The position numbers and the translations under genes are program-made. A stretch of 64,000 nucleotides of DNA. Source: Phormidesmis sp. GTDB taxonomy: Bacteria; Cyanobacteriota; Cyanobacteriia; Leptolyngbyales; Leptolyngbyaceae. Location: contig CBDFJR010000005.1 in the NCBI GenBank assembly GCA_965248535.1, forward strand, positions 288,001-352,000. Direction: 5' to 3'. Each line of letters opens with the position of its first letter. Position 1 is the first letter of the stretch. Shown piece after piece: positions 33,386 to 44,244 of this stretch. The notes under the pieces are model-generated. The model did not search any database and was not told where the DNA came from. It was given only the letters and a program-made list of their open reading frames with translations.

Positions 33386-33742
33386 GTGAATAATTCTGCT
33401 ATTCTCAGTCACTATCGAAACGGAATGGCAGCCTATGACTGTTGCCACCCTCCGACCTTTCAGTCTCAATGGACAGCATTCACGGCAGAACTGAAAGAAT
33501 TTATTGTAGAGCCAAGTTCAGAAAAAGCTTGGGACGTGTTGCATTCCTTTGGTCGGTTGGTTTGGAAAATTACAGGAGTTCCGCTACATCTGCTGGCTTA
33601 TCCCACGGTGAGAAAGCATGGACAGCGTTATGCGGCAACTGGCTGTATCCGTAGTAGCCGCAATTGTGAGGGGCGTTGCTACCTTCTTAAGTGCAATGGT
33701 TGCAGTGATTTGATTGCTCACTTTACCTTTCCTCATGGGTAA
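33386..33742 (+). CDS. Hypothetical protein, possible MazG-like all-alpha fold
   Basis: AGGAGG upstream of GTG; ELKE...EKAWD pattern; Cys-rich tail. Confidence 0.5.
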   Translation: MNNSAILSHYRNGMAAYDCCHPPTFQSQWTAFTAELKEFIVEPSSEKAWDVLHSFGRLVWKITGVPLHLLAYPTVRKHGQRYAATGCIRSSRNCEGRCYLLKCNGCSDLIAHFTFPHG

Positions 33743-33835
33743 CGTACTCAAAGCTCAGAATAGGTGCTAAACCGTTCCTGAATCTGGATGTCCTGGTAGT
33801 TAAACTGGTAGAAATTGTCATTGAGACTGGAGTGA

Positions 33836-34480
33836 GTGCGTGTGATTAGTGGAGTTGCCCTACGCAAAACTTCCGATGGATGGAAGTTCGCCAGTGAAGC
33901 CGCCCTCGAAAACTTCGTCTGGGAAGCTCTTCCTCAAATGTTTGGAGTCACCCCTCTCAAACAGCAGCACATCGCGAATGGGGAGATCTGCGACATTCTT
34001 GCGGTGGATGGTGATAGAGGGTTGGTCGTGTTGGAGTTGAAGAATGTAGAGGATCGCTATCTGATTCAGCAACTCACCCGCTACTATGCAAACCTTTTAG
34101 CCGAAAAGCCATTTCAGGAAAAGAGGTCGATTATTCTCGTCCAGTCCGACTGATTGCTATCGCTCCAACCTACCATCGACACAACTTAATTGATAAATCT
34201 TATAACACCCTGCACTTCGAGCTTCTACAATTTTCTGTAGTCAGGGAAGCTAATGAGGCGTTTTATTATCGGCAGATCAGTAGAACAACGACTCGGTTCA
34301 ACAGGAAACTTGATTCCCTACCTCAACCGATCGAGACCTCAACAGTAGAGAACATTTCAGAACCTCCAGAACTACTAATGAGATGGCTAGGAGTATTGCA
34401 CTCGTGAAGAACAGGAAGGCTTTCTTGATAGGTGAGAAGACAAGCTTCTTGCCTGTAGTCCTCGAATGAAAGAGATCTCG
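33836..34480 (+). pseudogene. Degraded NucS/DUF91-like PD-(D/E)xK endonuclease
   Basis: FASEAALE...CDILA...VLELK...QLTRYY; continues out of frame after ~34120 as VDYSRPVRLIAIAPTYHRHN, with further shifts near 34390. Confidence 0.75.
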
Positions 34481-34579
34481 TAAATCGATCGTCCATTGAA
34501 CTGAAGGCTCATTAACCTCCAATATGCCAGACTTAAAAATGTGCGGAGATCCTACGTTTCTCAGCAGTTGAAGGGTGCA

Positions 34580-34760
34580 CAAAGATCTACGTTATTCTTA
34601 AGCGGTGCCGACATTTAGTTAAATGCTGACTTCAACGGATACTCATTTAGAGAATGCCGGATTTGAAGGATGCCATGTTTACTGTAAAAAATGCTAATCT
34701 AAACTCCGCCACCGTAGGGAGCAACACCTTAGAAAAGACGGACTTCAGTGCAACACTGTC
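34580..34760 (+). pseudogene. Decayed pentapeptide-repeat fragment
   Basis: Broken-frame pieces LSGADI, LNADF, HLENA, KNANLNSA. Confidence 0.4.
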
Positions 34761-35094
34761 TTACCCATGTGGGCACAGTGTCAGAATCGCGATTGTGCAA
34801 AATGCAAAATGGAAGCAGGTATCTCAAAAATAGACCCCTTCTGATGAATCTATTCGTCTCTCCGAACTTTCACGATTGACGTTCTAAATTCACATTTGTC
34901 CCAGCAAAAAGGAAAGCTACCTGAGCTATTCAGAGAATACTGAGATGTCTGTCAAATTACTGAACCGGGAAAAAAGACTCTGATCCGACTTCGTCGATCG
35001 AGAACGTTAGACCAGCAGGACAATTTAACCCGAATCGTTAACAAAATTTTGGAATCGGGTACGCTACACAAATTTTGGTTTATATGGACGATCG

Positions 35095-37635
35095 CTAATA
35101 TACGCTTTCCATTTTGATTTCTTCGACCCCTTGCTCTTGATAGACAAACTCCTGCACTCGCAGGCGATATTCTCGCAGCGTCTCATCGACCCAGCCCCGA
35201 TCGTGACTGTTGGCGTAAATATGCACCAACGGTTCGCCCGCGTCAGGCAAAATCAGCACCCAGCTATCGCGGGGATGGTTAAAGATTTTTACTCCGTCAA
35301 TTAGTTCTAAGGTTTCAACCGGGTGGCTCTCGACCAAGTGACGCATGAGCGCCCCCTTCACCGTCCAGGGGCACCGCACCGAGTAGGTTTTGTGGGAAAT
35401 GCGCGGACAGTCAGCCCGAATCTGCGCCAGCGTTCGCTCTTGCAGGGTCAACATCTCGATCAGTTTAGCAATGCAAAACATCGCATCAAACCCCGGATGC
35501 AGTTGCGGAAAGATAAAGCCCATTTCGCCGCTGCCGCCCAACACAGTGCTGTGATTGGTGTGACAAGCCTCCATTAACGCCGTTGGGTTGGCCTTAGTGC
35601 GAATGACTTTGCCATCGTGACGACGAGCAATCAACTCTACTGCGCTTGAGGCGTGAACTGGAACCACGATCGTGCCCCTAGGGTTAGAAGTCAAAATCAT
35701 ATCCACCATCAGCGCCGTCAGAGTTTCGCCCCGAATTGGGCTGCCCGTCTCGTCTACCAGCACCAACTGTTCGCCATTAGCCGAGACTTGAACGCCAAAG
35801 GTTGCCTTGAGAGCTTCGACGACGTGACCGAGTTGATTGAGCAAGCCTTCTCGATCGGCGATCGTGGGAGCCGTCTGCGTCAAACTCGCGTTGAGAACGA
35901 CCGCATCGCAGCCAAACTTGGCCAGCAGTTGCGGCAACACCGCCCCCGAAACTGCATAGGCATAGTCAATCACCACTTTAGAACTGCTGTGATGAACGGC
36001 GTGGAGATTTAGGTGCTTCTCAAACCCGCGACTGTAGAGATCAATGGCATGGTTGACGATCGATACATTGCCGATTTCGTGAACTTGTGCTCGTCTAAAG
36101 TCTTCTTTAAAGAAAGCTCCCTCAATTTTCTTTTCAATGGTTTTAGAAATGTTGATGCCTTTTTGATCAAAGAATTCAATCAAAATGTGATCCGATCGCT
36201 CTGGGTGCACCCGCACATGAATGCCTCCCACCACATTCATCGTTGGCATCACCGATCGCGCCACTGGAATCGAAGTGGCTTCTAGATTTTGCACATTCAC
36301 CCCGACTGACATCAGCCCGGCAATCAACGATCGTGACACCATGCGGGCGATCGGGCGCTGATCGCGTGACACCGTGACATGGGCCCCCGATTTGAGCGTC
36401 GAGCCATAGGCCGCCCCCAACTTAACGGCAAACTCTGGAATGATATCGACGTTAGCCAGCCCCGAAACGCCGCGCTGCCCAAATAGGTTCCGGTGAGCCG
36501 CATAGCCCCAGATCAGGTTGGTGTTGAGTGTTGCACCCGCCTCGACGCTTTTGCTGGGCCACACCCGCACGTTAGGGCTGACCTGCGCCTCTTCGCCAAT
36601 GCTTGACAGTGGGCCAACCACGGCCCCTTCTAAAACGTGGGCCCGCCGATCGACCCTCGCGCCCCGTGCAATCACACAGGCCCGCAAGTGGACTTCTTCA
36701 CCCATCATCACGCCATTCCACACGATCGGGCGCTTGAGATCGGCATCGGCTCCGACGGTGACATTATCCCCGATCGAGGTGCCCCCTTCAATGTGCACTC
36801 TGGCCCCAATGCGGCAATTATTGCCAATAATTGTGGGTGTCTCGATCCGAGCCGAGGGATCAATGTAGGTATTTTCTCCCACCCATAAACCCGGCGATCG
36901 CTCGGTGTAAGGAAAGGTGAGCTTTACTTTTCGCAACAGCCCATCATATTGAGCTTCGCGGTAGGCATCTAAATTTCCCACGTCACACCAATAGCCATCG
37001 GCGACATAGCCATACATTGGCTCTTCTTTTTCTAACAACAGGGGAAAAAGATCTCTTGAAAAATCGGCTTCTTCATCAAAGGGCAGATAGTCTAAAACTT
37101 CTGGCTCCAGAATATAAATGCCCGTGTTGACTGTATCCGAGAAGATTTCGCTCGTTGAAGGTTTTTCTAAAAAACGGCGAATTCGATAATTTTCGTCAGT
37201 GATCACGACCCCAAACTCGATCGGGTTGGGCACTCGCGTCAAAATCAACGTCGCTTTAGACTGTTTTCGCTTGTGAAACTGAATGGCAGCCGTCAGATCA
37301 AAATCGGTGATGCTGTCACCGCTAATCACCAAAAACGTGCCGTCGAGCAACTCAACGATATTTTTGACACAGCCAGCCGTGCCGAGAGGTTGATCTTCTT
37401 CAACGGCGTAGGTCATCTGCACCCCAAACTCGCTGCCATCTTGAAAATAATCGCGCATGATGTCGGGCAAATAATGCAGCGTGGCGATCACTTCGCGAAT
37501 GTGATGACGCTTGAGTAAATTAATAATGTGTTCGGCGATCGGGCGATTGAGAATCGGCACCATCGGTTTAGGCAGATCGCAAGTGAGGGGGCGCAGTCGC
37601 GTTCCCGATCCACCTGCCATTAGCACTGCTCGCAT
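35095..37635 (-). CDS. Sugar-1-phosphate nucleotidyltransferase / phosphomannomutase-like fusion
   Basis: MAGGSGTRLRPLT, EKP, hexapeptide repeats, C-terminal PGM/PMM-like domains. Confidence 0.92.
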   Translation of the reverse strand: MRAVLMAGGSGTRLRPLTCDLPKPMVPILNRPIAEHIINLLKRHHIREVIATLHYLPDIMRDYFQDGSEFGVQMTYAVEEDQPLGTAGCVKNIVELLDGTFLVISGDSITDFDLTAAIQFHKRKQSKATLILTRVPNPIEFGVVITDENYRIRRFLEKPSTSEIFSDTVNTGIYILEPEVLDYLPFDEEADFSRDLFPLLLEKEEPMYGYVADGYWCDVGNLDAYREAQYDGLLRKVKLTFPYTERSPGLWVGENTYIDPSARIETPTIIGNNCRIGARVHIEGGTSIGDNVTVGADADLKRPIVWNGVMMGEEVHLRACVIARGARVDRRAHVLEGAVVGPLSSIGEEAQVSPNVRVWPSKSVEAGATLNTNLIWGYAAHRNLFGQRGVSGLANVDIIPEFAVKLGAAYGSTLKSGAHVTVSRDQRPIARMVSRSLIAGLMSVGVNVQNLEATSIPVARSVMPTMNVVGGIHVRVHPERSDHILIEFFDQKGINISKTIEKKIEGAFFKEDFRRAQVHEIGNVSIVNHAIDLYSRGFEKHLNLHAVHHSSSKVVIDYAYAVSGAVLPQLLAKFGCDAVVLNASLTQTAPTIADREGLLNQLGHVVEALKATFGVQVSANGEQLVLVDETGSPIRGETLTALMVDMILTSNPRGTIVVPVHASSAVELIARRHDGKVIRTKANPTALMEACHTNHSTVLGGSGEMGFIFPQLHPGFDAMFCIAKLIEMLTLQERTLAQIRADCPRISHKTYSVRCPWTVKGALMRHLVESHPVETLELIDGVKIFNHPRDSWVLILPDAGEPLVHIYANSHDRGWVDETLREYRLRVQEFVYQEQGVEEIKMESVY

Positions 37636-38036
37636 ACGGTCTCCTTGCTGGTTTGCGGGTAATGGTGTGACTCAACCACCCTCGATCGCTGATGTTGGGT
37701 CAACGGTTGGGGTCGCTTAACTTTATTTGACAGTGCTGACGATTTTTGTGCCATCAAACCTAACAATTGTTAGCAAATCGTTTTAATCTCAGAACTTTGC
37801 CACATCAAAACGACAATTTTCAAGAAATATTGCCCACGATCGCCCTTTCTCGGCGATTAGATCTGCACCCTATCCTTAGAGTTGATCAGGGCTTGCTAGA
37901 ATCGCTAATATAACAATCCCATTCTGGCTGTGAGAGAGGGATAGGCTTTTGACGGCACCGTCCCAGATGCTCATCCATTCTTTAGGGTTGCTATAGTTCT
38001 ATTCTCTTTGTTTTATCGTCGATTGGGAGTCATGAA

Positions 38037-38213
38037 ATGGGAATACTTGGCTTTTTAGCATTCGTCGTTTATCTAGGCGGCGCTTGGAAATTTTGGACAG
38101 GCTTTCGTCGCACCAATTTTAGTCAAGGACGGTTTTATCTGGCGTTGCTCTGGCCCGTCATGCTGGTCAGTAAGTCCTATCGCCAAAATTTCACCAAAGC
38201 ACTGAAGGGATAA
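38037..38213 (+). CDS. 58-aa conserved cyanobacterial membrane protein (not in ORF track)
   Basis: MGILGFLAFVVYLGGAWKFWTGFRRTNFSQGRFYLALLWPVMLVSKSYRQNFTKALKG; GGGAG RBS; abuts the next gene. Confidence 0.8.
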   Translation: MGILGFLAFVVYLGGAWKFWTGFRRTNFSQGRFYLALLWPVMLVSKSYRQNFTKALKG

Positions 38214-38218
38214 GCGTT

Positions 38219-38899
38219 TTGAATGAATCCCTAGACTGGCAATCTCAGATTTCTGCCGTTGCCCAGCGTTTTAACCAAGAATATCGGGGAGAGCCATTTG
38301 ACCTTCCCGCAGAAGTTCAAGCTATGCCGATCTTTCGAGAGCGCACCTCTGGCATCTTGCAGGCAAAGTTGACTTCTCCGTTTTGGCAACTGGCCCAACC
38401 GCAAAAAAATCAGCGCTGCCTAGATATTGGCTGTGGGGTCAGTTTTTTGATCTACCCTTGGCGAGACTGGGGAGCGCTGTTTTATGGACAAGAAATCAGC
38501 CCGATCGCCAGAGATTTGCTCAACGCTCGTGCCCCCCAACTCAACTCAAAGTTGTTTAAAGGCGTAAATTTGGGCCCGGCTCACGAGTTGCACCATGAAG
38601 CTCATCAGTTTGACCTAGCGATCGCCACCGGGTTTAGCTGTTATTACACGATCGACTATTGGCTGACCGTGCTCACTGAGGTCAAGCGAGTGCTCAAACC
38701 AGGCGGAATTTTTGTTTTTGACGTGCTCAACCCCGACGCTCTGTTAGCTGAGAGTTGGGCAATTTTAGAAATGTATATGGGAGCAGAAGTGCTTTTAGAC
38801 CCATTGCCTGAGTGGGAAAAAGCCATCAAATCAGAAGGGGGGAAAATCGTGAAGACTTTACCCGGTGAGTTGTTTCAGCTATACAAAGTGACCTTCTAA
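38219..38899 (+). CDS. Class I SAM-dependent methyltransferase
   Basis: LDIGCG, FDLAI, RVLKPGG. Confidence 0.9.
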   Translation: MNESLDWQSQISAVAQRFNQEYRGEPFDLPAEVQAMPIFRERTSGILQAKLTSPFWQLAQPQKNQRCLDIGCGVSFLIYPWRDWGALFYGQEISPIARDLLNARAPQLNSKLFKGVNLGPAHELHHEAHQFDLAIATGFSCYYTIDYWLTVLTEVKRVLKPGGIFVFDVLNPDALLAESWAILEMYMGAEVLLDPLPEWEKAIKSEGGKIVKTLPGELFQLYKVTF

Positions 38900-38915
38900 T
38901 TTTGCTCAAAAAATA

Positions 38916-38944
38916 AGGGGAGGTTACCGTTAGCAACTTCCCCT
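38916..38944. terminator. Probable terminator hairpin between convergent genes
   Basis: AGGGGAGGTT...AACTTCCCCT stem with an A-run on the left. Confidence 0.6.
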
Positions 38945-38977
38945 AATTAAAATTCACTCAGTCAAAATTCACTCAGT

Positions 38978-40300
38978 CTATTTGATAGAGTTCACCAGAC
39001 TCTGCTGCGAAGGCTTGTCTTGGTTGGGCTGCGCGAAGGCCGTCTGCTCAAGAGCCGCTAGCGCTCGTGCATATTGAGGGTCTTGCTTGGTGCCAATCAG
39101 TTTGGGGTTGGTGGCCAAAAACTGACGTTGGGCATCGGTCAGGTCAATTTTGATGTCTGGGGTGATGCCTTTGTGACTGATATCAGTCCCGGCTGGGGTG
39201 TAGTAGTGAGCGATCGTCACTGCCAGCCCCGACCCATCTGACAGCGAGTGCACCGACTGTACCAAGGCTTTGCCAAAGGTCTGGCTGCCAATCACGGTGG
39301 CTCGTTTGTTGTCTTTGAGTGCGCCTGTCAAAATTTCGCTAGAGCTAGCGGAGTTGCCATCAACCAGCACCGCCAGAGGCAGCTTGGTGAGAGAGTTGCC
39401 GTTAGAGACAAACTCTTCTTTGCCGCCCTTGCGATCGACGGTTCGCACGATCGCGCCCTTGTCCATCCACATCCGGCTAATCTCAATGCTGGCTTGCAGC
39501 AGCCCACCAGGGTTGCCCCGCAGATCTAGCACATAAGCATTCACCTTTTGAGCCGCCAAGTCTTGAATGGCGCGCTGCATCTGCTCAGAGGCGTGGCTGC
39601 TAAACTCGTTGAGACGAATGTAGCCAATTCGGTTTTTGCCTTCTTGATGGAGGCTATATCGAACGGTTTGTAGCTCAATCTTGGCTCTCGTTAGCGGCAG
39701 GTCAAACTCACTGGTGCCGTCTCGCCCAATTCTCAGAGACACTTTTGAGCCGACTTCGCCCCGAATCTGGTTGGAGGCATCTTCGACACTCATGCCCTTG
39801 GTCAGTTTGCCGTTGATCGCGGTGATGCGATCGCCCGCCTGAATGCCTGCTTTGATCGCCGGAGAGTTTTCAAGTGGCTCAACCACGGTCAAAACTTTTG
39901 TCTTGTCATTGAGTTCTAGCCGGATGCCGACTCCTGAAAGTTCGCCAGACGTTTGGCTGCTCAGGGCTTCATATTGCTTAGGGTCCATGAAGCGCGTGTA
40001 GGGATCGTTGAGCTTCTTAAGCGCGTCGCGCAACGCATCGTAGGCTTGTTTGCGTGAGGTGTAATTTTTGTCTAACAAGCTTTGACGAATGGCTCTCCAA
40101 TCCGTGCGGTTGAAGGTGCCGTCTACATATTCACGGTTAACGATTTGCCAAGCTTCGTCTACTACGGTTTTGGGGCTATCTTGCAGCGCCGCTTTGACGG
40201 AGTGATCGGAGCCAAACAACGTGAGGGTAGCCGTAGCAGCCACTACGCCACTGCAAAGGGCAACTTGGAGAAGCGGGAAACGCCTGGTAGGTCGGTTCAT
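38978..40300 (-). CDS. Carboxyl-terminal processing protease (S41, CtpB/CtpC type)
   Basis: PDZ domain GVGI, DLRGNPGG, SASSSEI, TFGK. Confidence 0.93.
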   Translation of the reverse strand: MNRPTRRFPLLQVALCSGVVAATATLTLFGSDHSVKAALQDSPKTVVDEAWQIVNREYVDGTFNRTDWRAIRQSLLDKNYTSRKQAYDALRDALKKLNDPYTRFMDPKQYEALSSQTSGELSGVGIRLELNDKTKVLTVVEPLENSPAIKAGIQAGDRITAINGKLTKGMSVEDASNQIRGEVGSKVSLRIGRDGTSEFDLPLTRAKIELQTVRYSLHQEGKNRIGYIRLNEFSSHASEQMQRAIQDLAAQKVNAYVLDLRGNPGGLLQASIEISRMWMDKGAIVRTVDRKGGKEEFVSNGNSLTKLPLAVLVDGNSASSSEILTGALKDNKRATVIGSQTFGKALVQSVHSLSDGSGLAVTIAHYYTPAGTDISHKGITPDIKIDLTDAQRQFLATNPKLIGTKQDPQYARALAALEQTAFAQPNQDKPSQQSLVNSIK

Positions 40301-40743
40301 CGAGTTGTTTTAGGAGTGAAGTGAATAGCTGTCGCAGCAAAGCTGCATCTGAGGGCAAGCTTTGAGAAGGTAAATCTACGGCTCACAAAGCGATTGCCAG
40401 ATCGTAACGTTTTCTCTTGAGATTGGGTTGCAACAGAGCCAGTTAATTGCAGCATCGCCTTTGAGACCAATCACTGAGCTAGTTTAGCTATAGAGTATAC
40501 AAGCCTGCACTGAGAGCCACTTGGAATTATGACAGTTCATGAAGTGTCTTTCTAAACAGGCGAGGGTGATGCACTGACAGGTGTTTGAATAGAAATGCAA
40601 GCTCTCTGACAATCTAACTGAATCTAGATGAAATATTCTAGAGTCAAGCTGCGAGTTGTATTAAGTTTTTTGACAGGGATTCATCTCTTGCTTAAGCGTG
40701 AACTATTAGCTCAAAGAAAGTTTAATCTAGGAGACGATCGGGG

Positions 40744-41568
40744 ATGGTGATCAGTAACAATCAATACCGTTGGCGATCGCTGATTTTGCACGGAGCGATC
40801 GCGGGGTCAGCGATCGCGATCGTGATCACCCTACAGCGCATTCAGCTTGCCAAAAATTCTCTCTGGGTCGAAAACCCGCAGCAGGCAGAGCAACAAGAAA
40901 CCCTGCGATTGGATCTCTTGCAGAAAACGCCTACCTTTGGCTTTGATAATGTCATTGCGGACTGGACGTTTCTCAACTTTTTGCAATATTACGGAGACGA
41001 TGAAGCTCGTAAGCAGACGGGTTACTCCCTAAGTTCTAACTATTTTGATGTAATCACTCAGCGCGATCCGCGATTTGTCGATAGCTATTTATTTTTATCG
41101 GGCACGTTGTCTTATCAACTGGGTGAGCCAAAGCGATCGCTGGAGTATCTCAAGCGGGGCACCGATGCTCTTTCGCCTCAAAATCACCCGCGAGCCTTTA
41201 CGGTGTGGCGCTATGCTGCCCTTGATCAACTGCTGCTGCTGGGCGACACGCCGGGGGCAATTCACTCGTTAGAAATGGCTTCAAAATGGGCCAACGACGT
41301 GCCCGAATACCATCCGGCGGCGGCGGTTTTTCAATCGGCCGCTAACTTTTTGAAGACCGATCCTGACAGTCGGCTGGTGCGATTTCAAGCGTGGGGTTCG
41401 GTTTATCAACAGGCAATGGCGATGAGCGATCGTAAGACTCAAGCCCGCGCTAAACAAGAGATATTGACCTTGGGAGGCGTGGAGAAAGTAGACGCAAAGG
41501 GAACCCATTTCTTTGCCTTTTCCCAGCCTGCAAAACCGCAGTCAAATTCATCGGGGGCAGCAAAATAA
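40744..41568 (+). CDS. Conserved hypothetical membrane-anchored protein
   Basis: N-terminal TM; GFDNVIADWTFLNFLQYYGD, DPRF. Confidence 0.75.
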   Translation: MVISNNQYRWRSLILHGAIAGSAIAIVITLQRIQLAKNSLWVENPQQAEQQETLRLDLLQKTPTFGFDNVIADWTFLNFLQYYGDDEARKQTGYSLSSNYFDVITQRDPRFVDSYLFLSGTLSYQLGEPKRSLEYLKRGTDALSPQNHPRAFTVWRYAALDQLLLLGDTPGAIHSLEMASKWANDVPEYHPAAAVFQSAANFLKTDPDSRLVRFQAWGSVYQQAMAMSDRKTQARAKQEILTLGGVEKVDAKGTHFFAFSQPAKPQSNSSGAAK

Positions 41569-41643
41569 AAGTCCCTCAGTGGGTAATAGGCTTTACAAAT
41601 TGCAAGGCTTGAATAGAAGTAGAAACCGATATCTACTAGTTCT

Positions 41644-41949
41644 ATGAAGAGTCAAGACACTTGTCGATTTGGAGTTCAGATTGCGTTTAGCTCAGTCATT
41701 CTCATGTTCTGTATGTATAAGCTCACCGTTATGCCCGAAAATCAGGGCAGCAATGCCATTTATTGGAGCGGCATCACGAGCATTTTGGCGTGGTGGATGC
41801 CCTCACCAGGCGGCAAAAGAGAGGGAAATCCATCAGTTGAGATGGATCATGTCAACATTGAAAAAGCCGAGACAAAGTTTGCTGGAAGGACTCAAGATGT
41901 GTCTGTGAATGTGGATCACGAGTCTCTACGATCGCGGGACAATAACTAA
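41644..41949 (+). CDS. Small two-TM hypothetical protein
   Basis: Two hydrophobic segments ending WWMPSP. Confidence 0.6.
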   Translation: MKSQDTCRFGVQIAFSSVILMFCMYKLTVMPENQGSNAIYWSGITSILAWWMPSPGGKREGNPSVEMDHVNIEKAETKFAGRTQDVSVNVDHESLRSRDNN

Positions 41950-41956
41950 GGTTTCT

Positions 41957-42818
41957 TCAACCCAAAAGCTGCTGAATCATGCGATTTGACTGCGATTCAT
42001 AGCTGCCGCCAAACAGGTTAAAGTGATTGATAATGTGATAGAGATTATAGAGAGTTTTTCGAGACTGATAGCCACTTTCTAAGGGGAAAGTCTGGTGATA
42101 ACCTTGATAGAATTCTCCCGGAAATCCCCCAAATAATTCTGTCATTGCTAGGTCAACTTCCCGATCGCCCCAATAGATCGCAGGGTCAAAAATCACAGGT
42201 TCACCTGATTGAGTCACGGCAGCATTGCCTGACCACAAATCACCGTGAACGAGAGCAGGCTGAGGCGTATGTTCTAACAGTTTGGGAATGGCAGACGAGT
42301 AAGCGATCGCCCTGGGGAAAGTGTCCACCTTTTTGTTGCGCTAGCTGAAGCTGATAGCCAATTCGATAACGGGTAAAAAAATCACACCAGTCCGATGTCC
42401 AGGTATTAATTTGAGGAGTTGCCCCGATCGTGTTGTCTCGCTCCCAGCCAAACGCCGTCGATTTTTTGACTTGGTGAAGTCTAGCCAATTGCCGCCCCAT
42501 TTCTTCCCAAGTTTGGCTAGTGCCACGCCCCAGATCTAACCACTCTAAAACGATGTAGGCAGACTTATCCACGGTTCCCCAACAGATCGGAGCCGGAACC
42601 AAGATGGTCTCTGTCTCGCGCATTTGCTCAAGTCCCAGCGCTTCGGCGGCAAACATCGCGACCTGGCTAGCTTGATTGAGTTTGACAAAATAAGTCTGTG
42701 CGCCATCGGTGACGCGATAGCCCTGATTGATGCAGCCGCCACTGACAGAACGGCGATCGCGACTCTCAAATCTCTTCCCCGTGGATTGAGTAATGTGTTC
42801 AGCAATCTGTGTCCACAT
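41957..42818 (-). pseudogene. Fructosamine kinase family protein, frameshifted near 42296
   Basis: N-part VSGGCIN...FVK...EALGL and C-part HGDLWSGN...DPA...EVDLAM are in different frames. Confidence 0.85.
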
Positions 42819-42827
42819 CGAAGCCGT

Positions 42828-44120
42828 TTATGCTCCTGGTTTAATGGTCACAATGCCATAAGCGGCGGTGGGGAGATAGGTTTGAGCCGCAGCCTGCAAC
42901 TCAGCCGTGGTCAGCGATTGAATGTGAGTCGGGTAGTTAAAAGCTGGCTCTAAACTGCCGATTTGTGACTGATAATAGCCATATAAACCTGAGCGATCGC
43001 TGGGGGTTTCGTTGCCAAAAATAAAGTGATTGGCCACTTGAGTTCGCACTCGTGACATCTCAGACTCAGTGACAAACTCAGCTTGCAGGGTTTGAAGGTG
43101 TTGGACGATCGCCGTCTCTACAGCTTCTAAATTCTCAACGGGCAAATGAGCCGACACGCAAAACAATCCCTGATGGCGATAGGTCATATTGCTGGCAGAA
43201 ACGCTAGAGACTAAACCCCGTCGTTCGCGCAAATCTTGCACCAGTCGGGAGGTGCGCCCGTGACCCAAAACGCTAGCCAGAACATCAAGCGCGTAAGTTT
43301 TTGATAAGTCATCAAGTCCCGGTACGCGCCAGATCATTGTCAATCGGGCTTGTTGAAGGCTGGTATCGACATACTCCTGCCGCACAATCTCTGTAAACGG
43401 CCTCTCAGACGCATATTGAGTTCTCGCAGGCTCTTGCCCTCTGACCTTTGACCCCAAACTATTAAAACTATCTTCAACCGTGCCGATTAGCGTCTCGACG
43501 GGCAGGTTCCCGATCGCCACGGCTGTGATTGAAGCAGGCTGATACCACTGGTGATGAAAGTCTCGCATCTGTTGAGCCGCCAGATTTTCGATCACGGTGG
43601 CAGGGCCGAGCACTTGGCGGCGATAGGGAAGTTTGTCAAAGGCCAAATCGGTCATGCGCTGATAGTTGCGGCGGCGGGCATTGTCTTCCGATCGCCGAAT
43701 TTCTTCTAACACCACAAAGCGCTCTCGGTCAAACCCATCATCAGGAATGCTGGCATTCAGCACCACATCCATTTGCAAAGGGGCCAAGTCTACAAAATCT
43801 TTAGGAGCCGTCGTGATGTAGTAGTGCGTGTAATCTTGGCTGGTCGCCGCGTTGGTGACTGCGCCGCGTTCTTCAATCTGCTTTTCAAAGTCGCCACTGT
43901 TGAGGCGAGCCGTGCCTTTAAACACCATGTGTTCTAAAAAGTGAGCCATGCCGTTGATCTCATCTGACTCGATCGCCGACCCGACATTGAGCCACACATT
44001 GAGGTTGACCGCCTCGATCGGAAGCTGCTCGGCAATAATAGTCAACCCATTGGGCAAGCGGTGAATCGTAGGAGCGTTGAGTTTGGCGATCGAAGAAGAC
44101 TTGACAAGAATTGAGGTCAT
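42828..44120 (-). CDS. M16 (pitrilysin-family) zinc peptidase
   Basis: HFLEHMVFKG, NAATSQDYTHY. Confidence 0.94.
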   Translation of the reverse strand: MTSILVKSSSIAKLNAPTIHRLPNGLTIIAEQLPIEAVNLNVWLNVGSAIESDEINGMAHFLEHMVFKGTARLNSGDFEKQIEERGAVTNAATSQDYTHYYITTAPKDFVDLAPLQMDVVLNASIPDDGFDRERFVVLEEIRRSEDNARRRNYQRMTDLAFDKLPYRRQVLGPATVIENLAAQQMRDFHHQWYQPASITAVAIGNLPVETLIGTVEDSFNSLGSKVRGQEPARTQYASERPFTEIVRQEYVDTSLQQARLTMIWRVPGLDDLSKTYALDVLASVLGHGRTSRLVQDLRERRGLVSSVSASNMTYRHQGLFCVSAHLPVENLEAVETAIVQHLQTLQAEFVTESEMSRVRTQVANHFIFGNETPSDRSGLYGYYQSQIGSLEPAFNYPTHIQSLTTAELQAAAQTYLPTAAYGIVTIKPGA

Positions 44121-44244
44121 GATTTGCCCAATGTTGGCGACTGCTTCATTCATCTTAATGGTCTCAAAGTCTTAAAGCGAGATTTTTCGGTCGAGAACAG
44201 GAGGACGTTAGAATATGAAGACAAGTGTTAAGAAATGTGACGTT

